From the NCBI GenBank assembly GCA_030141605.1, contig JAQGDQ010000088.1:310001-374000 (forward strand): a DNA stretch of 64,000 bases, in the 5' to 3' direction. Position 1 is the first letter of the stretch, and each line of letters starts with the position of its first letter. This stretch comes from Tubiluchus corallicola (Eukaryota > Animalia > Priapulida). The position numbers were made by a program, and so were the translations under genes. Shown one piece after another: positions 10,764 to 25,261 of this stretch. The notes beneath the pieces are model-generated. The model made no database searches, was not told the origin of the DNA, and worked only from the letters and a program-made list of their open reading frames with translations.

Positions 10764-13700
10764 ATTATAACGCTGAACTTAAATACGTCATAAGGCTGTT
10801 GTGTTGATTTATCAGGATTATGTTATAACGCACATTATTTGTGCTTCGATCAACGCTAACATGACGGCACGGCTCCAGGTCTGCAGACTTGGAAAGTAAG
10901 GTCACACTCTTTCACTGATGGCACTGACGGCTAGACGAATTGGTTTGGTACCCGAGAAGGGCAGATGTTTCATCTTTTTTGCTTTCTGCCAAACTCGAAT
11001 CAAACTTTGGGTATGCCTTTTTTAAGACGCCTCAGCAACAAAGACTTGTCCTTTGACAACAACAAAAAAGAACGCAAAGTACAAACGTAGCTGATCATCT
11101 TCCAATTCTGACTTCACATGCACCTGCTTGCAAGCATAGTTTGTACATTTATTAATGGACAAAGCACTTTTGGCATGTTTGGAAGAATGAACATATAACA
11201 GCGGGACTAACCTATTATAATGGATTAGTATTTTGAAGGTTAAACGGTCGTTCAACACGGATTTTGCTCGTGTGAGTTCTTTAAGGACACATTGGTTGTG
11301 ATTGATGGTCACTATCGTCACTGTTCCTGCAGTCATAAGCGCAACCGCCCTGCTACCCTAAACTGTTTAATTATATTTTTCGTTTTATTCAGTCATCATG
11401 ATATAATTCACGAATACAGACAAAAACTGTAATACTGATGAAATTATCTTACGCACTGAGCTGAAGACACGCGCATGTCATTGTGATTAAACTGTTTTCA
11501 TTTTACATCGTTCCGTTCACGATTCCGAGCCCGGACATCTACTCCATCCAGTGATGCTGATTGGCAGTAATGTTCAACGATATTGATCTGACATTGTCCG
11601 AGTACGAATTATCTCAGTGGCCGCAAACACAGTGCTTTTGGCTACAAAGTTAAGCAAAGCCTGGACCAGGTTAGTAAATGGATAAATGATCGCCGGGAGT
11701 ATTGGCAGTTCCTACTTCTTGGCAGTTTCGTCGTTATTACTCAGCTATTTCGTTCGTTTTGAGGTTACAATCGAATATGTCTAAGAGCTAAGACGTCTTT
11801 GGGGCTCAACGTCTCATCTCAGAGGACTATTCTTATGCAAAATAATGAGCATGAGCCCGGTGGTCCACATCCAGCTACATTAACAAGACTTGAGTACTGG
11901 TTCACAGTCTGCAAAGTATCGTATCAGTTACAGTGTTATCAGTATGACTGTAGCTGCTATATTCGGAATCGGATGACTGAATGCATGGGAAAGGAAAAAA
12001 TGTTAATGCTAGTGACTGTGTGTTTATAGGTCTTTAGAGACTGTTCAAAGGTATCAATTTAACCGTTTACTTATTCCAAATCTCCATTACGCACCTTTCA
12101 ATTTAGCCGCCCTGGTATAATAAAAAACGAAAGATGTTGATTTTGGTCTGTGCCACTGTGAGACTTTACTTAGTCATGATATGCTGAAGAAATTCTGTGG
12201 CGTTCACATGATTCTGCAGTTTCTTTACACTATATGATTAGTTAAGATTTCAAGTTCTTAAGCGGGTTTTGTTAAATAAGAAGTGCAGATCGTCCCTATG
12301 TGATAACTAGTGCTATTTAGTTCAGAAGGTTTAGTATTCAAAGCAATTATTAATTATTACCCCTAGTTTTAACTTTGTGTGGCTGTGCGTGAGACTACGT
12401 GCAACTTTGACAAATTAACATTCTTTGATACTGAAGTTGTGGCGCTGAGGTTGAGGGTGAGGACGTGGTCATTTGCCCTCCCAGGGTTTCAGTTTTTGAC
12501 TTTGCGTTATAAAAACACCTACAGCCTCTGGCTTCTACAAAGTATTAACAACGTTTTCAAATAACAGTATAATGGCGTAGCTAAAACGTCCTCTTTTGCC
12601 TTACTGTTTTTGTTAATTTTTTTTCATGTAAAGCTCACATTTAGTTGCAACTAAATATCTAGTAACTAATTTAATCTACAACCAAAAGGAAAGATTGCGT
12701 CAGCTGTATCGGCTATTGCACGACTATTGACTATAATCTATGAGCTGTACTAGATCGTTACCAAGACATCCTACAAATATTCCCCCGGTGTAAGTAAACG
12801 AAACATAGTTGTTGGTAAAAAAAATAAAAATCGTGTAGCAAGTATGACGCAACAGTCAAAAAATTTTGGATTGCCCAATTGTTCGCTTTGCTGCTCTCGC
12901 CAAACTGCCTAAACTTTGTAATTACCACTTTACTTATTGTTTCGTACTTTTACTCCAAATGACGCAATGCTCACAAATTTTCCGTGCTCTTCGTCTGGAC
13001 CACTGTAGGTTACTATTTGCATATTACTATTTTTCAAAGGCTACACCTTCCACACTTGCCAAAGTAATAAAAGAACTGTAAACTCGTGGATCTTTAAAGC
13101 CCTAATTTTTTCGCTATTGAGGGCGCATTAGGATTTCATTAAATGCAGCTTTAGAGACAGCCGGAAATGGGTAATTTTCCACGAATGCACTTATATGGTT
13201 ACAGACACAAGTTAAAGTAGCGTTGGTTGTGATAACAGCTCTCATCTTTGGCAACGTTTTTTGCTTTACGTCACGTTTTAGTGCCACTTGGTGGCCTTTG
13301 CAAGGCGACCCTCTCTAACAGTTAAGTGCAAGTCGCATCGTTTTAAACGTCCTGAATGAAAGACAAACTTGTATTCTTCCGCCCACTTTGCGTCCTTACC
13401 TATAAATTACACTGGCTCTAGTCTACGGGCGACGAATGTTATTAAAAATATATGGTAAAATTAGAAATTTATTTATTGTTGATTATAATGAAAGCTCAGA
13501 GTTTTATTCAGGATTAACTGTACATTTCTAAATTAAAACAAAGTAATCATTTATTTTTATTTTTATATTGTTCTAATAATTTTTATAAAATCGTCTGTTT
13601 TGTGCAAATATAAAAAATCATGTTAACGGAGCAACACTGGCCTGACAAAACAGATTCACTGTTACCGCTAATCCTGCAGCTATAAGCTGCACTACTAATT

Positions 13701-13967
13701 TGCACCACTAGTTTTTGTACGAAAATCAACTTCTTAAATGTAATGACTTGCTTAATACATGTAGTATTGTTCAGAGCTATACTGTTAAATGTGTGAAACA
13801 GGTCTATAAAATAGCCAGAAACACTTTTATGTTTATAAAGAGGAACTAACCTTTGTATGAATTAAGTTTTGTTGCTTTTGACAGGTTCGTAGTGAAAACT
13901 GCAATGAATGTCAAGCAAAATAACCTACATAAGATCAGGCTGACAGGATAAACTGGAATTCAAAAAA

Positions 13968-16610
13968 ATGCATCGATACCAAAAAGTTGTGTACATCGTC
14001 AACGCTCTGTTGCTAGCCTGTGTCATCATATTCATCGCTGTTTCTTCTTGGTTTCTCCGTGATTACTATTTCAATCTCATTCCAGTGAGTGCGTCACATC
14101 CAAGCTTCATTTATGCATATTACGCTTTACTAGCACAAGCTGGCTTCGTTCAAGCCTTGGGGTGTTATGCTGCACATAAACTAAACAAAAATCTGTTATA
14201 CGTGTTTTGGTTTTGGATGCTCAGCTTGTTGTTAGGTGACATGGCTGTTGGGATGTTCTGGGTGTTTCGATTTGGTATTTTGGTAACATCTTTAAGTGAT
14301 AACCTGAAAAATAGTGTAGAAAACAATTACGGTGTTCTTGAAACAGTGACACAGTCATGGGACAACATTCAAATGATGGATAAGTGTTGCGGTTCACATG
14401 GACCAATGGATTACCTTTCGTCTAATTGGTATCAAATGTCAGTAAGCAGAGGTTTAAGTCTAAATGTACTGCCGTCAAGTTGCTGTAAGTTAAACCTTAC
14501 AACTAATGAAGTTATGAATTTACTGTGCACCCAAAGCTATGATAATGCGTTCATATATAGCACTGGCTGTGATGGGCATATCTCAGCGTGGCTGAAAAGC
14601 AGTGCAACAGTTATGTTTGTTCTGGGCTACTGCATGATTACTTTCTTTAAAGCGGTATCTTTGGCTGTCCTTTGGAAAGAGATAAACACGTTAGCTAGAA
14701 AGCTTCATAAGAGGTGGATGTACTCCCAGTCTAGTGATTCTAGCGATAACAAGGGTTGCATAGAAGAGGCAAGAGACGAGGAGTCCGATTGTGAGACGAA
14801 TTCTAGCAGCCCGGATCAACAGCAAGCTTATAAAACACTGCAAACCCATGAGTTCAACAAGACATCTCAAAGGTAGGAAACGACTACTGTTTGAAACTTT
14901 TGTATATCAACCTGAGCACGATGCAATGTCATTCCCCAGTTAAATTTTATGTCTAACGTTTTAATTCTCGAATAGCTTGCTGATAATTTTTTACTGTAAA
15001 AAAATATTTTTATTTATTTTACTGGAAAAAAAATTATTTTTTATATTCTATGCACTCGATGTGCACTGAGAGTAGGGGAGGTGGAGGAGATGGAGAGAGA
15101 GAGATAGAAAAAGAGATAGATACGAACTCACATAGCAAACAGCAATTATTTTCTACCTAATAGCATAGTGCGCATTTGGAGTAATAATCTCTCCATTACT
15201 ATGCACCAATCTAGCAAGTAAGCCCATCACTTACAACAGGTGATGTCTAAACATCTTTAATGTTTAAGAACAACTATGCTAATTAGGCCTACAAAAGTAC
15301 CGTATTAACAGGCGTTTTTTTGTTTCAGTCAAATTAAGATGGCACACCTCGTTAATGGGAACGTTCGTCGCACGATTTCTCTAATAGATCTGTCAACACC
15401 TGATGCTAAAACAAGCAGGCGACTACCTTCAACCATTTCAAAGGACTATATTCATGCTCAAACCATTCATGCATATTCAGAAGATCTATTAACATCACAT
15501 ACAGAGAAATTACCTCCAAGACACCGTATGCTTGAATATGACAATAGCGCTTATGCTTACACATCCAGAGAAAATATCCCAATGGTGCATCACCATAGGG
15601 ATGTTACGGCTAGACGCTCTTTAAATTTCTACAATGGTAGGAGATTTACGCAAAGAGATATTGATCTACTAAAAGACCTGATGCACAAAAAGATGGCTAA
15701 AAAGTTTACAGATGGTAAAGTGCCATATGACACTGAAGCAATCATAGATAGAAAAGAGCAACTGTATAATGTTAACAATGATCAGGCAAATAAAAAAATT
15801 AACAAAAATTTAAACCCTACAAGTACTGACAATGTAGATTTAAGAACTGCCTCTGAAGTATCAGAGAGAAGTAGTAATTGTGTAATTAATGGAAAACATC
15901 ATCTCTCGATTAATAAGCATATAAATACTGGAAAATCACTAACTGTAAAAGCCTTATATCCAGTAGCAGCGGAGCAGAACAAAACTGATACTGATTGTAA
16001 GGATAAATGCTCAAATAGCATTTGTACCCATTCTTCCGAATCGAGAAGAATAACTGAGAATACTATGCCAACAGAAGCGAATGAAATCAGTTCTGATCTG
16101 AGTTTATCTGATAGCAAATGTTTAACACCTAATGAAGAGTCCATAATTGGACCCACAAATTCTGCAGTAAGGGAAAGAATACCCTGTTTTGAACTGAGAC
16201 ATATCAATACAAAAGATGCAAGTGTATCAATTAACAAAGATGAAACATATGATGACTGTTTGTTGGAGAAGCAAGTGCATGTTTTAGTGAGTCGGACTTT
16301 ACAGCATTCTCAAGACAAAGAAGCCAAAACAGTAATAAATCTGAAAACAGCAAACAGTGTTGCTCGAACTGATACATCAGAAGGGAACATTCTTGTAACT
16401 CAGTTTGAATCCCACCATAAAGGTGATGATGACGACGATACAGAAGACAATCATATAAATTTGAAATTAAGTCAAGCAACTGTCGATGTCATTCAAAAGG
16501 GTATTGTTAAAACGAAATGTAGGAAGAACAAATCAAAAATGAAAGATTGCTCAAAAAAGGTAAAACTGGATTCCTTACGTCCAGCCTGTAGTGTTTTTAC
16601 AATAAGTTGA
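13968..16610 (+). CDS. Tetraspanin family protein; predicted 2 coding exons (13968-14872, 15329-16610), 728 aa; unspliced ORF 13968-14876 gives 302 aa
   Basis: Four hydrophobic segments; EC2 has CCG (DKCCGSHG), PxxCC (PSSCC) and a final GC (STGCD). Donor AG|GTAGGA at 14872/14873 and acceptor ttttttgtttcag|T at 15328/15329 join in phase 2 into the frame of ORF 15339-16610. An acceptor tttgacag at 13884 indicates upstream 5'UTR exon(s). Confidence 0.8.
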
Positions 16611-17765
16611 TGCTTATAGATTTTAATAGAGTGGCTCAAGAAATATGCCATACGATAGCAACAGTTCGACACATGTGCATTCTAAGTGCATGACTAGACT
16701 TACAGTTGTGTGCAGTATATGGCCTAAAATAATTTAGTTACAGATTTATTACACTGCAGCGGGTGCAGTGAGTACTACTGTATATAACCAGACATGTTAC
16801 ATTGCCACAAACTCTCCTTGTGTGTATGTAATATACAATAATTGATCTCTTTAAGCTTAAATATTGATGCCCTTGTAGCTTCTGTTAAATATTAAACTTT
16901 TGAAAACTCTTAAAAACTTGATAAGTCATAATTGCAATTACTCAAACCGAAGCAACACAGAATTTAGAATTGAACACCAGTAAGTTGCATTAAAGCAGTA
17001 CATGTATCAGTAACTCTGAAATATCTCAATAGTAATGTACAGCAATTATATTATACAAATTGAATCGCAGTAATGTGCATGTCTCAAGATTTTTTTATTA
17101 ATGATTTTAGCTGTAAGCAGCCAACTGTTGAACACACGTGTTGTACTTGAATGTATAGCATTTTAATAATAACAATTTCATTAGCACAGCAATCATTGTA
17201 TATAGTTATTGTGATACAATTTCTTTAGTTACATTATTACAGTGAATTTTTATTTTGCTTTCAAGTGTATCAAAAATTGATAGTTGTCAAAATAAATTCT
17301 GTAATTAAAAGTTTTGATAATTTTAATGCTAATAAAGTTTGAAAAAGTATTATGTACTGTGAGTTTAATTAAGGTGCATGCACACAATATTCTCACAGAT
17401 TAAACTAGGCTTGTCTAATGCAGTTTGTATAACCTTTGTTGCAGTGATTTGCTTAGAAACACATTCTCTACTACAAGAAATTTTGTGGGACCTTCTTGCC
17501 AACACATGAGGCAGTTGTTATAAGACCGTACAATACACGCTATGTCCAAACGCAGAGTAATTTTTGGAATATTCTCCAGACATTAGACCAATTACAATCG
17601 TGTTACCATTTATTCTCAAAAATGCCACAAATATCTTGAAGGATCATAGTAATTGTCGATCACAGTTGACAATCACCAGAACAGTATCAAAGTAATAATG
17701 AGTCATTACACATTAATTTTGAAATTATATCTATATCTAACCACATTTTAGGAAATGGAAACCAA

Positions 17766-20700
17766 TTATTCAATCCATTCTTTAATTAATTTTTGGATAG
17801 TAGAACGCGCTTCCTTCAATTCTTTTGGATCGTCTTTTCTGGGCGGATACATGTTGGCACAATGAGCAGTCCCATTGATTAAAATTGCCGTTGCTTCAGG
17901 ATTCAAGTCCTTGGTGACTCCCATCGCATGCCAAGGATCTATTGAGCCATTTGGAAAGACCACTTTTGTCACCTTGGGAGTGAAGCCACCATAGTCATCA
18001 TTTGTTCTGTTAATGGCAACAGCAAGGAGGTCAGTATTAAAGTTAGGTCCAAAAATGTCAGTACACTGTTGTGTCCAGAAGTTTACTGGGAATCTGTGAC
18101 CAAAAGGTTGTTTTGCATAATCTGAGCTTTGATACCATCCAAATTCTGTGCACGTTTGATATGTCCACATTCTTTCAGATACAGCTTTGCTATCCCAGTT
18201 ACTGTTCTGCAGCCTTTTGATCATTTTTCCATAAACAAAGTCGAGGCAAGTTTCATTGTATGTATGAAGAAGCATATTATTAACATCAGCAAAGTTCTGC
18301 AGTACAGATGCATGGCGATTATTCACCATTATTCCGCATACAACATCAATTGTGATATTAGTTCCGGGTATCCCTTCAAAAGCTCTGTTATCTTTGTTGT
18401 ACTGAACAACACCTTCAAAGTTGTCAGCTAGTGTGCTGAATAAATTGCTTACATCTTTCGGATTGTCTACATCAATATCATCGCACAACTTAAATAGATC
18501 TTTAATCATCTGTCTACCAACATCACTTTCTAAATTTAACTCAACAGAGTGAACTGCTTCTTCTATTGCACTAGTACACCCAGGGACGGTAGACTCTAAG
18601 GCATTTTGCACTACCTGCAAAAACTCTAAGAAATTGATCTTTGCATAAACAGGCCCACTTGTTGCCACTGCACCATCAGCTAAGTGTGGATATTTCAGCC
18701 TGAACCAAGCTGCCAAAGAGCCAGGGTACGACCCACCAAATACTATCCATTTATTGTCCCACAAGTCCATTGTGTCACTCATGTTATGCCTAAAGTATGC
18801 CAAGTCTGCCAAAGCTTGTTCACTACTCAAATATGCCAAATTTTTGACAGTAGTATCTTTAGTTGGACGACTTTTCCCATAATATCGGTGTTCTAACAGT
18901 AAGCATAATGCCTTGAAGTTTTCTGCGTATTGTATCCAAGTTCCTGCAGTCATCCATATTGGATTTGCTTCACCTTCTCCACCTATCATCAAAAATATCG
19001 GACCATCACCAGCAAAAAATGTGTTATTTATAAAGTACCGTTGACTCCATGTTCGTGTGTCAGCATGATTAAAATGATCCAGTCGTTGATCTATCCACCT
19101 AGCTTTTGGTAAAACGACATTTCTGAAATCAGATAAAAATTATGCAAAACTAGTTGTCAAGGTAGCCACAAGAATAACACCAGCATAGTTCATAACTAGA
19201 AAAGACAAACAATAAAAAAACTGACAACGGCATTCTAGCTTTTTGTTTGTAAACAAGAAATAAAGATCTTGCATTAACATTAATTAACAAGGACCTGCAA
19301 TAAGTCAGAATTATTGTAACACTTGTCACTATAACAACAACGAAATACCATTAGAAATGACATCAAGCAGTGTCTTGTTTTATGCAGAAATAAATCAGTA
19401 TTGCAACGGCCTTATATGTTTTGCACTTTCTGATAGCTGTGTCAAAGTTGAACTAATCAACAACCATTGAACAATGTGCAAACAATGAACTTACTACAAA
19501 AAGACCACAAAAATGGCAAAAGACTGAACCCTTTGTTTAAGCAATGGCTTTGGACAAACAATTAACATTAAGATTTGAATGTGCACTGCACTAAGAAACG
19601 TATTAACCATAAATAATTAGTTTTATTACGTTTTCTCATGTGGAAAAATTAGTTGTGGTTAACTTATAAAAATGGAGTGGAAACAATAGTGAATTTATTC
19701 TACACTCTACAGATTATCAGAACATAGAATGTCTCAGATGTATTTGCAGTATTTTTTCTGATCTGTCATGCCTGACTTGCATTGAACTTCACTATTCGAA
19801 CAACTAAATTATTAAATATTTCACAATGTGATAAATTAGTGTGAAGAAGCCAACTTATTACAACAGCTAAGTAGTCTCAATGTGTTTTGTGACAGTAGCT
19901 GGCTTGGGCCTGGGCTATAAATAGAATAGTTGACACTCGACAGCCTGAAAAAACTGCTTCTGTGCAGTTTCCCCTGGGATGCTGACCCTGAGGGAAGATA
20001 TACGTGTATTTGAATGTGACTAGGACACTTCTACTAGTCCAGTGCCTCATTTCAGAGAATTATCCTTGAATAGTGAGATAAGTTTTGGTCTCACAAGAGC
20101 ACCTGCATTAAATAGGCCTTGCCATAGAGTGCTGGTTTCCGCTATGTAAACAAAAAGTTGTTAATTTTGAAATAATCACTCTAAGAATAACAAATACAAA
20201 GTTTTCTGAAAATGCACATTACAAAACTGAAGAAATTTCAATGAAGCTAAGAAGAAATGTAATGTAAAATCTCTTATATATTTCAGTACTCTGGAGTCTG
20301 AGATCCAACATTCAAAGGCAGAGTCTTGTTAAAACAAATGGTTGTGATATGAGTGCGATTGAATCCTATCTCAAAATCCAGCATAATTGCCTAACTGAGA
20401 AAGTGAAACGGCAAAAATGGTTTAACCACAATCGGATATCTTATAAAACCTCTCTAAATGACTTAAAAGCTAAAGCATGTATGTCCGATAAAACTACCTG
20501 GCAGCAGTTACAGGTCCAGGCTTAGCATCCTTAACAACCATTAAGTATACTCATTGACCATTGAGCTATTTCTCACCCATTAATGATTGATTAAGCCCAT
20601 AATTAATAAATTTTTTAACTAAAGCGAAAGGAAAAAAATATGCAAAAAATGAGTCAGATGAAGTTGCTCAGACATCTTATGCACACACTCTGATAGCAAC

Positions 20701-22724
20701 AGTACAAGCTCTCACATTCGGTAACTTATCAATGTAATATACCCAGGCAAATACATGAAATGCCTGGAAGGATTCTACCTCATAAACCTATATATTCCCC
20801 TAAAACGAGAAACTGAACAAGCAAAGATGACTACTGACAGCTATTATCTTTTTTGTATATATTGGTATATATTGATGATGATGATGATAATCACCATCAT
20901 CATTATCACTACTATAAAGGAGGTCTTTAATTAAAGAAAAACCAGGCCCATAGCTCAAAAAATCTAATGTATATAACATTGAAAGGGAAAACATTAGCGC
21001 CATTAGTCTTTTGCTGTTAAGAGCATTTTGCCAAGTGTCTTTATAGTTAGGCGGACACAGATATACAGCACTTGCAGCTCAGAAATGCAGAAAAGACAGG
21101 AGCTGTACAGTTCTGACGAAACAAAATCATGTGCTGGCACAGCAATTTAAATTTGTAATTTAAAATTTGTATAGCTAGTGTAACCATAGTGACTACTGTA
21201 CAGGGCAATGTATTTCAATTTTTGCTTAAAATTGCAAACAGGTGCAAGACGCTCATGTAATGTTTCTGCTGTTACAAACTTAAGTTCAGTTGTGATGTCA
21301 TCACTAGCCATGCTCGCCTGCCTTTAATTAAGTTTCTAAGCTGATGTTTAATTATCAGAAGCACTTTGGCATTTTTATATATGTTAAAATGTACATATAT
21401 TGGGTAGGGCATGAAAAATCGCCTTTAAATATTATTAAAAGCATTGAGAGTTCAAAATCTAACAATATTTTTGCCATAAGGAGGCAGTTACTAGAACGAA
21501 CCCCCTATAAGATTTAGAAGCAATGATTGAGGATAGACAGCAGAAAAATATATTTTTCTCAATGAATCACAATTGCTAGAACACACCCGATATTACAAAG
21601 CAACCGACTCTGTCTAACCAGTTGAAAAGTCATCTAGACATATTTTTAAAGAAAACATGAGGTATGTACAACATCTAGAGAAGCTACTCCATCGTTCCTT
21701 TCCCGACCTGTGTCCTGTGAGCAGGATACAGGTAAACACAATTGAAATGCCTCATGTGGCAGTCTAAGAAGACTTACAAACATAAGTAAACATCACGCTA
21801 AATTTCATTGAGCTGGTAGTATAGACCAACAATAATTATGCATTAATTTACTACATACAAATACTTTACTGGTATGTATAGGAACATTTTCCCCGTAAAC
21901 AGTATTCATATAAATGCTATTTCATGAAAATAAATGTAAATTGCTACATTTGGGCTTTTCAAACCTGAAACAGGATCATTTTTTACACAATGCAATGCTG
22001 ACAGGGGTACAGCAGGAAACAGATTTAGGCATAATATGTTCTTCTGATTTGAAACCTGCAACGCATATTTCAAACAAAGTTAAAAAAGCAAATGCCATTC
22101 TAGGAATGATTCACAGAATGTTCTGTAACAGGCATGCAAGCATTATAATTACACTTTACAAATTCAAAGTTCACTCAATCTTGGAATATGGTAGCCTGGT
22201 GTGGAACTCACATTATGTAAAAGATATTTCTTTGATTGAGGCTGTCTAGAAAAGAGCCACTTGGATGGTGTTTGGAATGCAAGCCCTACCATACTGTGAT
22301 TGTTTATGTCAACTAAAATTACAAGCAGTTATTACAAAGAAGAGCACGTGCTGATTTAACTCAAGTCTTCCAGTTCGTAAAAAGCATTGACAAAGTTGAC
22401 TGTGGAAACTTCTTCGAGTTCTGGAATTCAAATAGGTCATCAAGTCGCTGCAGTATGCAGATACACAAGAAACGGTCTAATCTGGATCTGAGAAAATTCG
22501 TTTTAGTCAAAGAATTGTAAATGCCTGGAATGAGCTTCCTCAGGCAGCAGTAGAGGCATCTACAGTGAACCAATTCAAGGGTGCTATCCAATATTATGTA
22601 AACGGGATGGAACAGCAAAACATTGAATGGCTACATGAGAAAGCTTTCTGTAAACATTGATGAAGTTTTGTACATGCTGAAGTCACTATTTTGCTCTAAC
22701 AGCTCGATCCTAAAACCAACATAG

Positions 22725-22806
<82 letters not shown>

Positions 22807-23296
22807 AAAATATAGTACACTAAATCATTTATGTTTGTTAAGTGTTGTGCTAGTGCCACAAAGACAGTGTTTAAATAAAAATGTGTGTGATACAAACCTG
22901 AAGGTTTTTTACACATATTGGCTATCCAAAACTGAAAGAAAATTCAGAACTACCATATAGAAGAGGGTAGCCGAAAGGTAACTAACTAAATATAACCAAA
23001 GTTAATTTCTCACTTCAATATGTTTTTGTGCATATCATTATGTCCTTTCCATAATGATTATAGTTCTCTGCTTTTCAGCATAGTGCCCTATTTTACAAGG
23101 AACTATCCCCTAGAGCCAGGGAAGCATAAAATAACAGAACCTTTATAGTGGTTGTTATATATTTAACTCACCTGTCAATCTGAGGTGCTCCGATGAATCC
23201 TCCTTGTATTTTGCCGTGAAAGTATTTTGGTAAGGCATTGGAAAAGTCGTTAAAAATTACAAGCAAAAGCAAAACACAAGTCAGATGAGCAGCCAT
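17766..23296 (-). CDS. Peptidase family S28 serine protease (PRSS16/K12H4.7-like), 493 aa, secreted or lysosomal
   Basis: Exon 1 23296-23172 (MAAHLTCVLLLLVIFNDFSNALPKYFHG..., signal peptide, donor AG|GTGAGT); exon 2 19122-17766 (WIDQRLDHF, FLMIGGEG, LEHRYYGKS, QALADLA, catalytic GGSYPG, DPWH, AHCANMY). The phase-2 join is in frame. Confidence 0.92.
21480..21740 (+). mobile_element. Degenerate 3' end of a CR1-like LINE in the S28 intron
   Basis: Remnant ...ttttctcaatgaatcacaattgctagaac...ttgaaaagtcatctagaca resembles the FFSxRVxxxWNxL...FKxxLD C-terminus of CR1/L2 ORF2. Confidence 0.4.
21900..22620 (+). mobile_element. 5'-truncated CR1/L2-group LINE fragment (RT C-terminal region, stops and frameshifts)
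   Basis: KCKLLHLG, ETDLGII, KKANAILGMI, ILEYGSLVWN, IEAV*KRAT, and later SQRIVNAWNELP: typical CR1-group post-RT motifs. Confidence 0.85.
22727..22802. repeat. (AT)n microsatellite
   Basis: About 76 bp of uninterrupted AT dinucleotide. Confidence 0.95.
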
Positions 23297-25261
23297 TGTT
23301 CCGGCCTACCGATCAAATGTCCGCATCCTACTTTCCTAACGTATACAGCTAATCTAAAGTAAACAAAGTATAGTCACTATATTTGATCTAATGTATAGTA
23401 ATAAACTATAAAAGTTTTGCGAGGGGCGAGCCACGTACTAGCATAGACATATACACATTCCAGCTATTGACTACTCTGTTGCTGATGCGTACTTCCTTAC
23501 ACACTGGATAAGCAAACAATCAATATTTTAGACTACATTCTTGAGTAGTAACAGAAAGAGAAGCTATCAATAGTCACTGAAATTAACGATTTCTTGGACT
23601 TACCAATTGAACACAGTACAAGAGATAAAAGTACAGAACAATGAATAAAGTACGCTTAGAGACTCATTCCCAATGCACTCCTCAAATGCTGTAAAATGTA
23701 AAGAGAAAACAGTACGGTATATTTTAATATGCCAACCAGAACAATATCCGCACTTTGGCCTTTTGCAAAACACCCACTTGCTCTAGTTTAGCCCTTTCGA
23801 CTTTGGCGCTTTTCTCGTAATCTAACTCCATGAGATGATTTCTGTTCTTGCTGTGGAGTTTTTGCCACAAGGCACACCATACGACCCGTGCGGATTCCGC
23901 GTAATTATATTTTGTTTTTTGCTTTCTAAATGTTTGAAAACGAAGGTTCACGTTAATTTCACGAAAGGTGCAACACACAAAAGCATTATGACTGAAGTTT
24001 AAGAATGGCTATTCGAGTTCTTAGTTGCTACAGCCTACAGAATAAACCTAAGCTAATATATGTCCCGTTGCATTATTTCAAGCACGTAAAATGTGGCCAC
24101 AACAAATTTATTAACTTTTTACTTCACAACCAAAACTGTAACACAAACTTAGGAAAAAAGCACACAAAAATTTTAATAGCTTACAAGAAACTTACATGTA
24201 GTCAACAGCACTGCTAGCAAGCAAATGTCACAGCACAAGGTCAGAATTTCATTTTAAAGGCCTAAAAAGTGTTGTACTGTATATTTAAAATGTGCAAAAC
24301 CAGTGTAATACAGGCTAATATGATGGCAGTACAACCAGTATAGCAAGGTTAACCATTACGTTTAAGGGAAAATTATTGAATTTACAAAAGCAGCTCAACC
24401 AGGAAGTTTCTGCAGAAGCTTCTCGGCAGGTATTACATTTTGCAAGAATTGTACATAGGACATTTGCTGCCTGCGACTTTGGTTCCACTAACCTAAATGA
24501 TCCTGAACGGTGCTAATGTAGCAGCTTGGATGCCATTGACCTCAGACACTATATGTAAGACGTTTGCACTTGCTCTACATCCTCGTCGTGTACCGCTTCA
24601 CCTTGTACTAACTTGCTACGCATTGTGCTGCCATGCCCTGCCCCACTATATACCTTGGTGTCATTAGTCATGCCATGTACCACCTCTTTATGCAGTTTGT
24701 ACCACCTTGCCATGCACCATTTCATGACACATTGCAATGCAGTACATAGTGAGGTAATGCATGGTGCCACCGCCTCTCTGTACAAGGTACCATAGTACAC
24801 AGCAAGTGTCAAGCAAGCACAAATGTCCTACTTGTTTTATTGATGTTTTTTAACTTAACTAACTGCCTAATAATACATTATCATGCTTTTTGATATGTCA
24901 GTATCAAGTAAAATTTAGTTTTACATGAAGTTGTCTGTTTTTCATTTTCATTTGATTTGAAATAATGTTTTCATATTAATTATTTAACAGTTTTGAAGCA
25001 TCCAGTTTCACTGGCAGGCTTATGGCATGTTTACCCATTTGTCATTAAATAGTTATCATCGTGCTTGTGATCAGCCTCTTTTATCTTTTTCAGCCTCTCT
25101 TTTCTCTTCATTTTTTCTTTATGTGTTTTTCATATCTTCGTGTTTGCAAGAGAATAATTCAGGTTAATGTGTAACTATTAATAGCTGAGCCGAATCTTTC
25201 AGTTGGTAATGTGTCAGTGAAATGTGGTTGTTTTTTATTGCTGTAGGAAAACAATTTTATA

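Noticed and set aside
15339-16610. 423-aa ORF as a standalone orphan gene
   Set aside because: A strong acceptor 10 nt upstream joins it in frame to the tetraspanin donor; better explained as the terminal exon.
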